Shown here: positions 18,623-29,097 of the stretch, in pieces
Layout of the letters: every line of letters begins with the position of its first letter
Position numbering within the stretch: the stretch's first letter is position 1
Assembly (NCBI GenBank): GCA_902518705.1
Contig: CABYHW010000005.1
Span: forward strand, 1,101 to 65,100
Direction: 5' to 3'
Origin: an uncultured Alphaproteobacteria bacterium
GTDB lineage: Bacteria > Pseudomonadota > Alphaproteobacteria > HIMB59 > GCA-002718135
DNA: 64,000 nucleotides
The notes under the pieces: model-generated
What the model was told of the DNA's origin: nothing
Seen by the model: only the letters and a program-made list of their open reading frames with translations
The model's database searches: none
Position numbers and translations under genes: made by a program

Positions 18623-20107
18623 ATGTTTATTGGAATTGATCTTGGAACTTCATCAATCAAAATGATTTTAATAGATCAAAATCAAAGCATCCTTGCATCT
18701 GCTAATTCAAGTCTTACTGTACAATCCCCTAAAGATGGTTTTAGTGAACAAAATCCACAAGAATGGATTGACTCAACAATGGAATGCTTGGAGGCTTTAA
18801 AGTCAAAAAAACCAAAAGAATTTTCACAAACTATTTCAATAGGAATATCAGGTCATATGCATGGAGCTACGTTAATAGATAAGTATGGAAATGTTATTAG
18901 ACCATGTATTCTTTGGAACGATACAAGATCATATCAAGAGTGTGAAGAATTTGAAAAACAAAATTTTGATGTACGATCAATCTCAGGAAATATTACTATG
19001 CCTGGTTTTACTGCACCAAAAATAAATTGGATAAAAAATAATGAAATAGATAATTTCAAAAAAATTTTTAAAGTTTTACTCCCTAAAGATTATTTACGAT
19101 TTGTTCTTACCGGTGAATTTTTTTCTGAAATGTCAGATGCATCTGGAACATTATGGTTAGACATAAAACATAGAAAATGGTCTAATAAACTTTTATCATG
19201 TTCATTTTTAGAAGAAAAACACATGCCAAATCTTGTGGAAGGTAATGAGCAGACAGGATTTTTAAAAAAAGATTTAAAAGAGAAATTTAATTTTAATAAT
19301 AATGTCAAAGTTGTTGGTGGAGCAGGGGATAATGCTGCCGCAGCAACTGGTATGGGTATAACAAATAAAAATCAATCATTTATATCTCTTGGTACTTCAG
19401 GCGTTTTTTTTACCCCCACTGAAAATTTTTTAAGTAATACTGGAGATGCAGTGCATTCATTTTGTCATTGTTTACCAAACAAATGGCACTTGATGTCAGT
19501 TATGTTAAGTGCAAGTAATTGTTTAGATTGGATTTGTGCTATTACCAATACTTCAATTGCTGATACACTTAATAATGTAGAGCAATTTTATAATGATAAA
19601 AATTCTATAAAAAATTCATCATATTTTTTACCTTATTTGTCTGGAGAAAGGACTCCACATAATGATCCGCATATTAGAGGTTCACTCCATTCTATAAAAA
19701 CAACTACAATTGCAACAGATTTACAGTATGCAGTAATTGAAGGTGTCAGTTTTGGAATATTAGATGGAGTAAATTCTATTTTGAAAGTTAATAATAACTT
19801 TGATAAAATATTTATGGTTGGAGGTGGTTCAAAAAGTTCATTTTGGATTGAATTGCTTGCAGCACTTTTAAATAGAAAGTTAAGTGTTTGTGATCAAAGC
19901 GAATTTGGTGCCGCACTTGGCGTAGCAAGATTAGCTATGTATCAGGATGCTACTATTGATAATAAAGAAAATATTATTAGTGAAATAAAAATAAGTAAAA
20001 CTTATGAACCTAAGAAACATAACATGGATATCTTGTTACGAAGGTATGCTATTTGGAAAGAATTATATAACAGCAATTATAAAATTGCTAAAAATTTAAA
20101 TTTTTAA
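18623..20107 (+). CDS. xylB: Xylulokinase (FGGY carbohydrate kinase)
   Basis: N-terminal IGIDLGTSSIK, GAGDNAAAA and GGGSKSSFW motifs. 494 aa. Confidence 0.8.
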   Translation: MFIGIDLGTSSIKMILIDQNQSILASANSSLTVQSPKDGFSEQNPQEWIDSTMECLEALKSKKPKEFSQTISIGISGHMHGATLIDKYGNVIRPCILWNDTRSYQECEEFEKQNFDVRSISGNITMPGFTAPKINWIKNNEIDNFKKIFKVLLPKDYLRFVLTGEFFSEMSDASGTLWLDIKHRKWSNKLLSCSFLEEKHMPNLVEGNEQTGFLKKDLKEKFNFNNNVKVVGGAGDNAAAATGMGITNKNQSFISLGTSGVFFTPTENFLSNTGDAVHSFCHCLPNKWHLMSVMLSASNCLDWICAITNTSIADTLNNVEQFYNDKNSIKNSSYFLPYLSGERTPHNDPHIRGSLHSIKTTTIATDLQYAVIEGVSFGILDGVNSILKVNNNFDKIFMVGGGSKSSFWIELLAALLNRKLSVCDQSEFGAALGVARLAMYQDATIDNKENIISEIKISKTYEPKKHNMDILLRRYAIWKELYNSNYKIAKNLNF

Positions 20108-21510
20108 TAAATATTTTTCAAAAAATTTATTTTCTTTTTTAAAATTTCAGAAAACGAAGGAAATTGTTTTGGTGTGTTACCCCATAGTTCTACACAATTT
20201 GTAAATTCAATAATTTTATCTTCTTCTAGATAATATTTGATCCATTGCCAACTTGGTTCATAATATTCAAAACTTAATTTTTTATTTTTAATTTTCAACA
20301 TAAAAACATACCAACTTGCAATTGCATCAATACAATTTTCAGGAATAATTTTTTTTTCAAAGCAATTACGTATAGTAGGTAATATAAATATAGGAAATTT
20401 ACCTACACCATCCATTGCAATTCTCTCTAATTTATCAGCAATATTTTTATTTTTAAACCTTTCATAAATTGTGATCATATATTCTTCTAAATCAAATGGT
20501 TTGTGAACTAGTGCTGGTAAAATTTCTTTTTGTTGAATTTCAAAGAAAAATTGTTCTAAATTTTTATCTGATATTGCTTCATCATAAGTTGTATAACCTT
20601 TAAGTGCTCCAAAATAACTTAATGCTAAGTGAGCTCCATTTAGAATTCTAATTTTAGCTTCTTCATAGGGAAAAACATCTTTCACAAACTTTACACCAAC
20701 ATCTTCTAGCTTTGGTCTTTCATTTATGAAGTTATCCTCTATTATCCATTGAATAAAGGGCTCAGATATCACACCACAATTTTCCTTCAAATTAAATTTT
20801 TGCCTTATATCAGACTTTAAAAATTCTGGTGTTCTAGGAGTAATTCGATCAACAACACAAGACGGAAAACTGACATTTTCTTCTATCCATTCTAAAAGTT
20901 TATATTCTTTAGATGCTGATAAATATTGTTTTAAACAGTCTTGTAACATTTTTCCATTTTCTCTAATATTATCACAACATAGCAATGTGATTTTTTTATC
21001 TATAGATAACATTCTTTTTTTTAAGGCTGCCATAAGAAAAGAGTAAATTATATTGTTTTCTTTTCCTTGAATATTATTCTTAATAAGTTCTAAATTTAGA
21101 TTTAATTTATTTTTTTCATTTATATAGTAACCACTTTCGGTAATTGTCATTGTAACTAATTTTATATCAGGATTTGAAAGAATACCCTCTGCTTCATCTT
21201 TATCCTTACTCCAGTCTATTAATTTTATAATTGAATTGATATCTTTATATTTTTCATCTCCTGATGTAGAAATTGTTTTCAGGATATATTTCCCTTGTCT
21301 TAATTTTAGATTTTCAAAATTTTTGCTATCTTCTTCTCTTAAATTAATTCCACATATTCCCCAATTTATATTATTAGATGTATTAATATATTCATCTATA
21401 TAGTTAGCTTGATGAGCTCTATGAAAATTTCCTACACCAAGATGAACAATACCTGTTTTACAATTTTCTCTATCAAACGATGAAATAACTAGTTCATTTC
21501 TATTCATCAA
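20104..21510 (-). CDS. Mannitol dehydrogenase-family polyol/sugar-acid oxidoreductase
   Basis: VHLGVGNFHRAHQA N-terminal Rossmann signature of the long-chain mannitol dehydrogenase family. 468 aa. Confidence 0.75.
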   Translation of the reverse strand: MMNRNELVISSFDRENCKTGIVHLGVGNFHRAHQANYIDEYINTSNNINWGICGINLREEDSKNFENLKLRQGKYILKTISTSGDEKYKDINSIIKLIDWSKDKDEAEGILSNPDIKLVTMTITESGYYINEKNKLNLNLELIKNNIQGKENNIIYSFLMAALKKRMLSIDKKITLLCCDNIRENGKMLQDCLKQYLSASKEYKLLEWIEENVSFPSCVVDRITPRTPEFLKSDIRQKFNLKENCGVISEPFIQWIIEDNFINERPKLEDVGVKFVKDVFPYEEAKIRILNGAHLALSYFGALKGYTTYDEAISDKNLEQFFFEIQQKEILPALVHKPFDLEEYMITIYERFKNKNIADKLERIAMDGVGKFPIFILPTIRNCFEKKIIPENCIDAIASWYVFMLKIKNKKLSFEYYEPSWQWIKYYLEEDKIIEFTNCVELWGNTPKQFPSFSEILKKKINFLKNIY

Positions 21511-22537
21511 TTTTAATTTGAAGCTTTACATCGGTGGGTCTATGTTCTGCTGCTCGTAAAAATGCTTCAACACTTTCTTCAAATTTAAAGGTATGAGTAA
21601 TCATTGGTTTAACATCAATTTTTCCTCGTTCTAGTAGTCTTATGGATGGTTCGTATTGATGTGAATATCTATGCACAGTTTGAAACTCAAGACCTTTAGA
21701 AAATAGTATAGCCCAATTCATTGGTACTGGTTCAGCATTATTTCCAATTAAAACAACATTTGCGCCAGGTGAACAACAAGTAAAAATAGCCTCATATGCT
21801 TTTACTGCTCCGCTGCATTCGAAAAACCTATCAACTCCCCATCCATTAGTTTCATCCATAATTTTTGTTTCTAAATTTTCTTTGGATATATCTATGGGAA
21901 TAAGATCAGGATAATAATCACACATTTTTAATTTTTCACTTAAAATATCAGCAATATAAACTTTTGCACATCCACCAGCTAGAGCGGCAAGGGCTGTAAC
22001 CAACCCAATTGGCCCACATCCCATTACTAATCCAATTTGACCAGGTTTTATTTTTGCTTTTGTTACTCCTTGCATACCTACTGCTAAAGGCTCAACCATT
22101 GCTCCTTCAGCATAAGAGAGATTGTCTGGTATTTTAAAAACCATATCACTTGGAAATACAACCTCAGGTGTTAAACAACCATGAATAGGTGGTGTAGCCC
22201 AAAATTTTACTTTTTGATCATAATTGTAAATACCAAGTTTATATTCTTTTGTACTTTTACTAACAATCTGAGGTTCAACACAAACTCTGTTACCGATTTT
22301 TAAATTTTTAACATTTGTACCTACTTCGATGATTGTTCCTGATCCTTCGTGTCCCAAAACCATTGGCGAATTAACATGCCATTGCCCAATTTTTCCATGT
22401 TTATAATAGTGAACATCTGAACCACATATTCCAACAGTGTGCATTTTGATTTTTACATCATTTGAACCAACCTTGTTTGGTAAATCTATATCTCTTAAAT
22501 TCAATTCAAGTTTTTTTTCTAAAACTAATGCCTTCAT
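21500..22537 (-). CDS. Zn-dependent polyol dehydrogenase (sorbitol/xylitol/L-iditol dehydrogenase-like MDR)
   Basis: CGSDVHYY, GHEGSGTIIEVG Zn signature, GCGPIGL NAD motif. 11-nt overlap with the downstream gene. Confidence 0.8.
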   Translation of the reverse strand: MKALVLEKKLELNLRDIDLPNKVGSNDVKIKMHTVGICGSDVHYYKHGKIGQWHVNSPMVLGHEGSGTIIEVGTNVKNLKIGNRVCVEPQIVSKSTKEYKLGIYNYDQKVKFWATPPIHGCLTPEVVFPSDMVFKIPDNLSYAEGAMVEPLAVGMQGVTKAKIKPGQIGLVMGCGPIGLVTALAALAGGCAKVYIADILSEKLKMCDYYPDLIPIDISKENLETKIMDETNGWGVDRFFECSGAVKAYEAIFTCCSPGANVVLIGNNAEPVPMNWAILFSKGLEFQTVHRYSHQYEPSIRLLERGKIDVKPMITHTFKFEESVEAFLRAAEHRPTDVKLQIKIDE

Positions 22538-22623
22538 GTTTGTTAATAAATAGCATATTTTTAAATATAAATTATTATAATTTTTAATGAAATTTCTACT
22601 TTGTTAACATATTGTATGTATTG

Positions 22624-23388
22624 ATGATTTTTGATCATTTTAAATTAACTAATAAAGTTGCCATTGTAACAGGTGGAACAAGAGGAATTGGTCTATCTAT
22701 TGCACACGCTCTTGGAGAGGCTGGTGCAAAGATAATTGTCACTAGTAGAACAGATAAATATTCTGGTCTAAAAAGTCTCAAAGATGCAAATTATGATGTT
22801 TCTTTTTTACAAGGTGATATTACTAATCCTAATGAGCCTCAAAATATTATAAATTTTGTTTTAGAAAAATATAATTCAATTGATATCTTAGTTAATAATG
22901 CTGGTGTTGCTCAACATGGTACTATGGAAGAATTTGATGATAAATTATTAGATAAAATAATGAATACAAATGTTGATTCTGTTTTTAGGATGTGTCGTTC
23001 TGTCTTACCACAAATGAAAAAACAAGGTAAAGGAGTGATTTTAAATATAGGCTCAATATCTGGATTAGTATCAAATATTCCTCAACCTCAAGTGGCTTAT
23101 AATGCATCAAAAGCTGCAGTACATATGTTAACAAAAAGTTTAGCAAGTGATTTTGCTGAAAATAATATCCGTGTAAACGCTATTGCTCCTGGTTACATTG
23201 ATACAGAAATGACAAAGTTGACTAAAGAAAACGAACATTGGTATGAAACTTGGAATAGTATGACACCTCTTAAAAGAATGGGTAAGCCAAATGAAATTGC
23301 AACTGCAGCACTTTTTTTATGTAGTCCTGCTTCAAGTTACATTACAGGTGAAGTATTAGTTATAGATGGCGGATATACGCTTAGATAA
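22624..23388 (+). CDS. Short-chain dehydrogenase/reductase
   Basis: VTGGTRGIG, NNAG, YNASKAA. ATG at 22624 preferred over the TTG at 22612. Confidence 0.8.
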   Translation: MIFDHFKLTNKVAIVTGGTRGIGLSIAHALGEAGAKIIVTSRTDKYSGLKSLKDANYDVSFLQGDITNPNEPQNIINFVLEKYNSIDILVNNAGVAQHGTMEEFDDKLLDKIMNTNVDSVFRMCRSVLPQMKKQGKGVILNIGSISGLVSNIPQPQVAYNASKAAVHMLTKSLASDFAENNIRVNAIAPGYIDTEMTKLTKENEHWYETWNSMTPLKRMGKPNEIATAALFLCSPASSYITGEVLVIDGGYTLR

Positions 23389-23393
23389 ACTAA

Positions 23394-23957
23394 CTATTCT
23401 TTAAAGAGAAAAATATTTGCTTTTATTATTATTTCATCTTTAAGAATTGATGTATTCTTCCAATTACCAGTGCCAATATTAAACTCATTCCTAGAAAAAA
23501 ATATTTCACTTTTTACCTGAACCAAATCACTAGCCAATTTTATAATTTCAATATCAATAGGGATATTTTGACTTTTACCTTTTATTGTTAATTCACCTAT
23601 TAAATTAATTTTATTATCTTCGTAATTAAAATTAAAATTATTTGTATCAATAAGACCTAAAGGAAATTTTTTAGCATCAAAGAAAACCTCACTCAGTACT
23701 AAATCTTTATATCGTTTATAATTTAAGCCTAAACTATCAATACTAACATTTATAAGTGCTTTATTATTATTTTGATTAGACAAATCTAATGAAACAAAAC
23801 CATCAAATGTATTGAATTTACCAGTAACATTTTTTGCAAACAAAACTGGTACTTCAAATTCTATACTAGAAATATTTTTATCTATAATCCATAAATCATT
23901 TGCAACACTCTGTTTACAATACAGAAAAATAAAAAATAAACTAAATATTACTTTCAA
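23394..23957 (-). CDS. YceI-family periplasmic (polyisoprenoid-binding-like) protein
   Basis: Signal peptide. The 187-aa size fits a beta-barrel YceI protein. The pattern IDKNISSIEFEV..KF.G and a C-terminal FSRNEFNIG are typical of the YceI family. Confidence 0.65.
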   Translation of the reverse strand: MKVIFSLFFIFLYCKQSVANDLWIIDKNISSIEFEVPVLFAKNVTGKFNTFDGFVSLDLSNQNNNKALINVSIDSLGLNYKRYKDLVLSEVFFDAKKFPLGLIDTNNFNFNYEDNKINLIGELTIKGKSQNIPIDIEIIKLASDLVQVKSEIFFSRNEFNIGTGNWKNTSILKDEIIIKANIFLFKE

Positions 23958-24369
23958 TATATTTCCTTGCTAGTTCATCAGCTTTTTCATTAAATTCGAA
24001 ACCTGCGTGACCCTTAACCCACTTCCAAGTTACATTATGTTTATTTATTTGATTATCTAATTGTATCCATAATTCTTTATTTTTCACTGTTTTTTTTGTT
24101 GATGTCTTCCATCCATTTTTTTTCCAATTTATAATCCAGGATTCAATTCCATCCTTTACATATTTACTATCTGTATAAATAATCAAATCTTTTTTCATCT
24201 TAAAATATTCTAGTGCTTTTATTGCTGCTGTAAGCTCCATTTTATTATTTGTTGTAAGTTGATCTCCACCATATATTAAAATTTCTTTGTTATTATCTAA
24301 AATTACAACACCCCATCCACCTATACCTGGATTTCCAGAACATGCACCATCAGTATAAATATTAATCAT
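23941..24369 (-). CDS. rnhA: Ribonuclease HI
   Basis: IYTDGACSGNPGIGGWG, TNNKMELTA, YTDSKYV, GHAGFEFNEKADELA (DEDD catalytic residues). Confidence 0.95.
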   Translation of the reverse strand: MINIYTDGACSGNPGIGGWGVVILDNNKEILIYGGDQLTTNNKMELTAAIKALEYFKMKKDLIIYTDSKYVKDGIESWIINWKKNGWKTSTKKTVKNKELWIQLDNQINKHNVTWKWVKGHAGFEFNEKADELARKYIESNI

Positions 24370-24372
24370 TAC

Positions 24373-25320
24373 TCAAAAAATATTATTTTGCTGGTGCCAT
24401 TTTAAAATATTATAATACTCAAATGGATTTTTTTTAATGACAATTGCATTAGGAGGGTGGAAGATATAATCTAGTAATCTCGTTGATAATATTCTAACAG
24501 CTGCAGCTCTTAACAAAGTATTAAATGAATCTTTTTCAATGTCACTTAACTTTCTAATATTTTCATACTCTTCTATTATTATTTTACAATTCTGCCTGTC
24601 AAAATCTCTTCCATTATTTTTAAAACACCAGTCATTAATTATAATAGCTAAATCATAAATATAAAAATAATAGCAAGCAAAATAGAAGTCAATTACACCA
24701 GTAATTTTTTCATCTATAAAAAAAATATTATCTTTGAAAAGATCTGCATGTATAATGCCACAAGGTACATTTTTTGGCCAATTTAATTCTAAATAGACCA
24801 ACTCTTTTTCTAATACAGTCATTACTTCATTAAATTTATCCGAAGTATTATTTTGACATCTTTTATAAATATCTTTCCAGTCTTTTAAATCTAGATTGTT
24901 TACCCTTTTCTCATTAAAATTTGATGTAATCATATGTAATGTTCCAACCATTTTTCCAATCTCTTTAGAAATATTATTGCTAATATTTTTTACACTTTCA
25001 CCCTTTAAGTAGGAAATTATTACAGCATCTTTACCTTTTATTTTATTTAAATCTTTTCCACTTTTATCTGATATTGGTTTTGGACATTTAAAATTATTAT
25101 TATTTAGAAATTTTTTGAGATTAAGGAAAAAAGGTAAATCTTTCGAATTTATTCTCTTTTCAAATATTGTTAAAATATAGGCAGTATTATCACAAAAAAT
25201 CCTAAAATTTGAATTTTCAATACCTTCAATAATTTCCTCAAAATTTTCTAGATCTCCGATAGAATAATTAGAAATAAAACTTTCTATATCTTTTATAGTT
25301 AACTTTGTGAAAACTGCCAT
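24373..25320 (-). CDS. thrB: Homoserine kinase, type II (APH/choline-kinase fold ThrB)
   Basis: GIENSNF nucleotide-loop region and IHADLFKDNIFF catalytic loop. The 315-aa size and position are as in other alphaproteobacteria. Confidence 0.75.
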   Translation of the reverse strand: MAVFTKLTIKDIESFISNYSIGDLENFEEIIEGIENSNFRIFCDNTAYILTIFEKRINSKDLPFFLNLKKFLNNNNFKCPKPISDKSGKDLNKIKGKDAVIISYLKGESVKNISNNISKEIGKMVGTLHMITSNFNEKRVNNLDLKDWKDIYKRCQNNTSDKFNEVMTVLEKELVYLELNWPKNVPCGIIHADLFKDNIFFIDEKITGVIDFYFACYYFYIYDLAIIINDWCFKNNGRDFDRQNCKIIIEEYENIRKLSDIEKDSFNTLLRAAAVRILSTRLLDYIFHPPNAIVIKKNPFEYYNILKWHQQNNIF

Positions 25321-25324
25321 TAGT

Positions 25325-26266
25325 TTAAACTTTTAATTTTTGAGGAATTTTAAAATAAACATCTTCTTTTTCATAGTGTTCTTCATTTACAATTATCTCA
25401 AAATTATTTTTTAAATTATTTATAAGTTTTGTGACTAATATTTCTGGTGAAGATGCACTAGCAGTTATTCCTATATTTTTACTTTCTTGAAAAATATTTA
25501 AATTTATTGAGTCTACATCTTCTACTAGTATAGCTTTTTTTGATCCATACTTTTTTGCAACTTCTACTAATCTTAATGAATTTGAAGAATTACTTGCCCC
25601 TATTACTAAAAAATAATCACATTGATTTGCTATTTTTTTAACTGCCTCCTGTCTATTTGTTGTTGCATAACAAATATCATTTTTTTTTGGTTCAATAATG
25701 TTTGGGAAATGTTTTTTAATTTCTTTTATTATGCCTTTTGTATCATCAACAGATAATGTAGTTTGTGTAACATATGCAATTTGATCATTAACATTTAAAG
25801 GTAACTTTTTAACATCAGCTTCTTTTTCAACTAAGAATATTTCACTATTAGTTTGTCCCATAGTTCCTATGACTTCTGGATGGTTACGATGTCCAATTAA
25901 AATTACAGGCAGATTTTTTTTATCAAAATTTTCTACTTCTTTATGAATCTTACTAACTAGTGGACAAGTAGCATCATAATAAATTAAATTCAGTTTTAAT
26001 GCTTCTTTAGGAACTTTTTTTGGCACTCCATGAGCAGAAAAAATTACAGGTCTACTTTTATCTTTAATTTCATCTAATTCTTCAACAAAGATAGCTCCTT
26101 GAGATTTAAGATTTTCAACAACAAATTTATTATGAACTATTTCATGTCTTACATAAACTGGTTTTCCATACTTTCTTAGAGCTTCTTTCACCATTTCTAT
26201 CGCTCTATCAACACCAGCACAAAAACCTCTGGGTCCTGCTAAATAAATGTTTAATTTTTGATGCAT
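25325..26266 (-). CDS. ispH: 4-hydroxy-3-methylbut-2-enyl diphosphate reductase
   Basis: GPRGFCAGVDRAI, SAHGV, TCPLV and SSNS motifs. ATG at 26266 (MHQKLNIYLAGPRGFC) preferred over the track start at 26311. Confidence 0.9.
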   Translation of the reverse strand: MHQKLNIYLAGPRGFCAGVDRAIEMVKEALRKYGKPVYVRHEIVHNKFVVENLKSQGAIFVEELDEIKDKSRPVIFSAHGVPKKVPKEALKLNLIYYDATCPLVSKIHKEVENFDKKNLPVILIGHRNHPEVIGTMGQTNSEIFLVEKEADVKKLPLNVNDQIAYVTQTTLSVDDTKGIIKEIKKHFPNIIEPKKNDICYATTNRQEAVKKIANQCDYFLVIGASNSSNSLRLVEVAKKYGSKKAILVEDVDSINLNIFQESKNIGITASASSPEILVTKLINNLKNNFEIIVNEEHYEKEDVYFKIPQKLKV

Positions 26267-26316
26267 TTTACTTACTTTATTGTATTCAAAGTTGTTTTTA
26301 TAGTAATACAATAATT

Positions 26317-26808
26317 ATGAAAAAAAACTTAATATTTTTATTATTATTTTTATTTTTTGGATGTCAAAGTACTTTTGATAAACCTCAAAAAATTGCCTTA
26401 ATTAAGTGTCCAAAGATATTCTTTTCCTCGGAAAATAGTGTTTATGTTAATGGGGATATAGTAAATTTAGATATTGATAAAATTAAATATAGAGCAAAAT
26501 TAAACAATTATAATTTTTCACAGGGATGTTTTTCAGATTTAAATAAAAATAATTATCCTATTGATTTATTAATACTACTTGAGCCAACAAATTTAATAAA
26601 TCAAGAAATAAGCCTATCATTGTTTACTTTACTTTATGACAGTAACGATAAATTGATCGATAGATATTATTTTATAAGAAATAGAAATATCAATATGCTC
26701 GAGGAAAATTTAGATTTAAACACAAAAGATATTATTGTTAATTTAAATATTTCAGTTGATAAAAGTGAAAAGGTAGAAAAAATTACAATTGGTTTTGTTA
26801 AAATTTAA
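26317..26808 (+). CDS. Hypothetical lipoprotein
   Basis: Lipobox LFFGC|Q after a hydrophobic leader. I recognise no family. Confidence 0.5.
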   Translation: MKKNLIFLLLFLFFGCQSTFDKPQKIALIKCPKIFFSSENSVYVNGDIVNLDIDKIKYRAKLNNYNFSQGCFSDLNKNNYPIDLLILLEPTNLINQEISLSLFTLLYDSNDKLIDRYYFIRNRNINMLEENLDLNTKDIIVNLNISVDKSEKVEKITIGFVKI

Positions 26809-26816
26809 AAAATGGT

Positions 26817-27302
26817 TCAATTATTTAGAATACTATTTAAGTCCTTAATAGATGTTTCTATTAACTTCGTTTTTTGTTCATTCGTAAGCTTTTTTTCTAA
26901 AATATTTCTAGTAATTTCAATCGCTACATTTGATATATAAATTTTAATAGAGCTATTTGTATCCCTAACTAATTGTTCAATTTTATTTTCGGCCAATATT
27001 TTTCTTTTTTTAATTTGATCAGTTAATTTGGAGATAGAAACATCTTTTAATTCAGCAATTTTTTTTTCAGATTCCAAATTTAGATTATGGATTTCTTTTT
27101 CTACCTTAGCTTCTCTTTCTTTTAGTTCATCCAAAGCTTTTTGCGCATCATTTTTTAAATTCTCTACTTCATCAATATTTTTTTTTATAGCTTTTATTTG
27201 TGCATCTAAACTAGATGTAAGACTTTTTCTTACTGGATTAAAAATTGCTGCAATAAATAAGATAAAAGATACTGCTACCCAAAATTGAGGATCAGAAAAC
27301 AT
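26817..27302 (-). CDS. atpF: F0F1 ATP synthase subunit b
   Basis: A single N-terminal TM helix followed by a long charged helix. It is the last gene of the atpI-B-E-F'-F order typical of alphaproteobacteria. Confidence 0.85.
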   Translation of the reverse strand: MFSDPQFWVAVSFILFIAAIFNPVRKSLTSSLDAQIKAIKKNIDEVENLKNDAQKALDELKEREAKVEKEIHNLNLESEKKIAELKDVSISKLTDQIKKRKILAENKIEQLVRDTNSSIKIYISNVAIEITRNILEKKLTNEQKTKLIETSIKDLNSILNN

Positions 27303-27793
27303 TAATTAAAACTACCTTTATATGTTTCAATAACGTTATTAAACTCATTGTCTGACAATTCTATATCTGCTATTTTACCAATAGTCAGTTTTGTAATACT
27401 AGATATTTCATTATTAATATTTTTCATTTGATGATCTTTACTTTTTAAAATTTCTCTTTCCGCATCAGAAACTTTTTTTTCTAAGTCTTTATCAAGTGAA
27501 GATAGTTGAGAAGAAATGTCTTCTTGTAAAGCATTGATAGTTTTTTTAATTTTTTCATCTGATTCTAGTTTAGCCTTATTTATTTGATCGTTAATTTTTT
27601 TTTCAATTTCCTTTGCCTTTTCCTGAAGCTCTTTTGCTAAGGATAAATTTTCATCTATTTTATTTTGTCTTTTTTCTAAAACTGTAGCTATTCTTGGAAG
27701 AGACACCCTCCATAAAAATACAAACAGAAAAGTAAAAAATACAGCTAGCCAAAAGAGCTGTGAAACAAAAAACTCTGGATTTAATTGAGGCAT
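27302..27793 (-). CDS. atpG: F0F1 ATP synthase subunit b'
   Basis: PQLNPEFFVSQLFWL N-terminus typical of b'. One TM helix plus a charged coiled helix. Confidence 0.85.
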   Translation of the reverse strand: MPQLNPEFFVSQLFWLAVFFTFLFVFLWRVSLPRIATVLEKRQNKIDENLSLAKELQEKAKEIEKKINDQINKAKLESDEKIKKTINALQEDISSQLSSLDKDLEKKVSDAEREILKSKDHQMKNINNEISSITKLTIGKIADIELSDNEFNNVIETYKGSFN

Positions 27794-27810
27794 TAATTAA
27801 TTATTGAGTT

Positions 27811-28035
27811 CTATCCAAACAAAATAACTAACGCAATAACTAGCGCGAAAAGTGCAATCGCTTCAACTAATGCGAAACCTAACATTGTCATTGTAAAAAC
27901 TTCACCTCTTGCTGCCGGATTTCTTCCAACTGCTTGAATAAAAGATGAGAAAATATTCCCAATTCCAATACCTGATCCAATAACACCGATAACGGCTAAA
28001 CCCGCTCCGATTACTTTTGCTGCTTCAATTTCCAT
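27811..28035 (-). CDS. atpE: F0F1 ATP synthase subunit c
   Basis: 74-aa hairpin proteolipid with a GxGxGxG packing motif (GSGIGIGN) and the conserved carboxylate in LVEAIALF. Confidence 0.95.
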   Translation of the reverse strand: MEIEAAKVIGAGLAVIGVIGSGIGIGNIFSSFIQAVGRNPAARGEVFTMTMLGFALVEAIALFALVIALVILFG

Positions 28036-28053
28036 AAGTCCTCCTATTTTAAA

Positions 28054-28788
28054 TTAATGTAAATGATAAGCATCGTTAATATATAAACACGTCAGTATTG
28101 CAAACACATATGCTTGCAAAAAAGCAATTAAAATTTCTAATCCTGTTAAAGCTACAATGAAAGCTAAAGGAAAAACTCCTGTAAAAAACGGCATTGAAAC
28201 TACAAAGCCTGCAAATACTTTTAGTAGTGTGTGACCAGCCAGCATGTTTGCAAATAATCTAACTGATAAACTTATAGGTCTTGATAAATAAGAAATTACC
28301 TCAATGGGAATAAGCAATGGATGCATGTAAAACGGCACACCTGGTATATAAAAGAAAGTAAAAAATTTAATGCCATGGTTAATAAATCCAAGAATAGTTA
28401 CACCAATAAATACAACTGCTGCTAACGCAAATGTAACAATAATATGACTCGTGAAAGTAAATTGGTATGGTATCATACCAACCATATTGCCAATTAAAAC
28501 AAACATAAATAAAGAGAAAACAAATGGGAAGTATTTTTTTCCATTATCTCCAACTGTATCTGACAGTAACTGAGCAATAAAATTATACATCAGCTCTGAG
28601 ATAAGCTGCATCCTAGAGGGGATAATTGATCTTGTGTTCACTGTTAAAGTTAAAAATAGAGTAATCACTAAAACAGTAATTAGCATTGCAAAAGATGAGT
28701 TTGTGAAAGAAATGTTATAACCACCAAGTTCAATATTAGATATTGGATCTATTTCGAACTGTTTTAGAGGACTATCTTTTGCGGCCAT
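28054..28788 (-). CDS. atpB: F0F1 ATP synthase subunit a
   Basis: LSVRLFANMLAGH with the essential Arg. About 5-6 TM helices. Confidence 0.95.
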   Translation of the reverse strand: MAAKDSPLKQFEIDPISNIELGGYNISFTNSSFAMLITVLVITLFLTLTVNTRSIIPSRMQLISELMYNFIAQLLSDTVGDNGKKYFPFVFSLFMFVLIGNMVGMIPYQFTFTSHIIVTFALAAVVFIGVTILGFINHGIKFFTFFYIPGVPFYMHPLLIPIEVISYLSRPISLSVRLFANMLAGHTLLKVFAGFVVSMPFFTGVFPLAFIVALTGLEILIAFLQAYVFAILTCLYINDAYHLH

Positions 28789-28809
28789 AATTGATATTGA
28801 ATATTAAAA

Positions 28810-29097
28810 TTACCTTTGCTTTTCAATGCGACGCATTACACGATAAACGTTCAAAAATCCAGCTAATGCGCCAAATATGAAGAAAATAATTAAGCCTATT
28901 GGTTTAGTATTAAAGTAATTATCCACAATAAGCCCAATTCCAACTCCAACAACTAGTGCAGCGATAATTTCTGTACTAATTTTAAAACCAAATCCTGCAC
29001 CACTTTCTTTTTTTTTTATATTAGGTACTTTATTTTGATTATCTAAATCATCAATTTTTTTACCTAATTCTTCTAAATTTTTATTTTTATAATTCAT
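28810..29097 (-). CDS. atpI: AtpI-like small membrane protein (ATP synthase protein I)
   Basis: Two TM helices and a basic C-terminus, immediately upstream of atpB. I prefer the start at ATG 29097 (MNYKNKN), which still overlaps the smc 3' end by 11 nt. Confidence 0.55.
   Translation of the reverse strand: MNYKNKNLEELGKKIDDLDNQNKVPNIKKKESGAGFGFKISTEIIAALVVGVGIGLIVDNYFNTKPIGLIIFFIFGALAGFLNVYRVMRRIEKQR

Noticed and set aside
23941-24369. rnhA here and rnhB at 51533-52147, considered as a duplication or an accessory nuclease pair.
   Set aside because: RNase HI and HII are unrelated housekeeping families normally both present. Nothing is unusual in either sequence.
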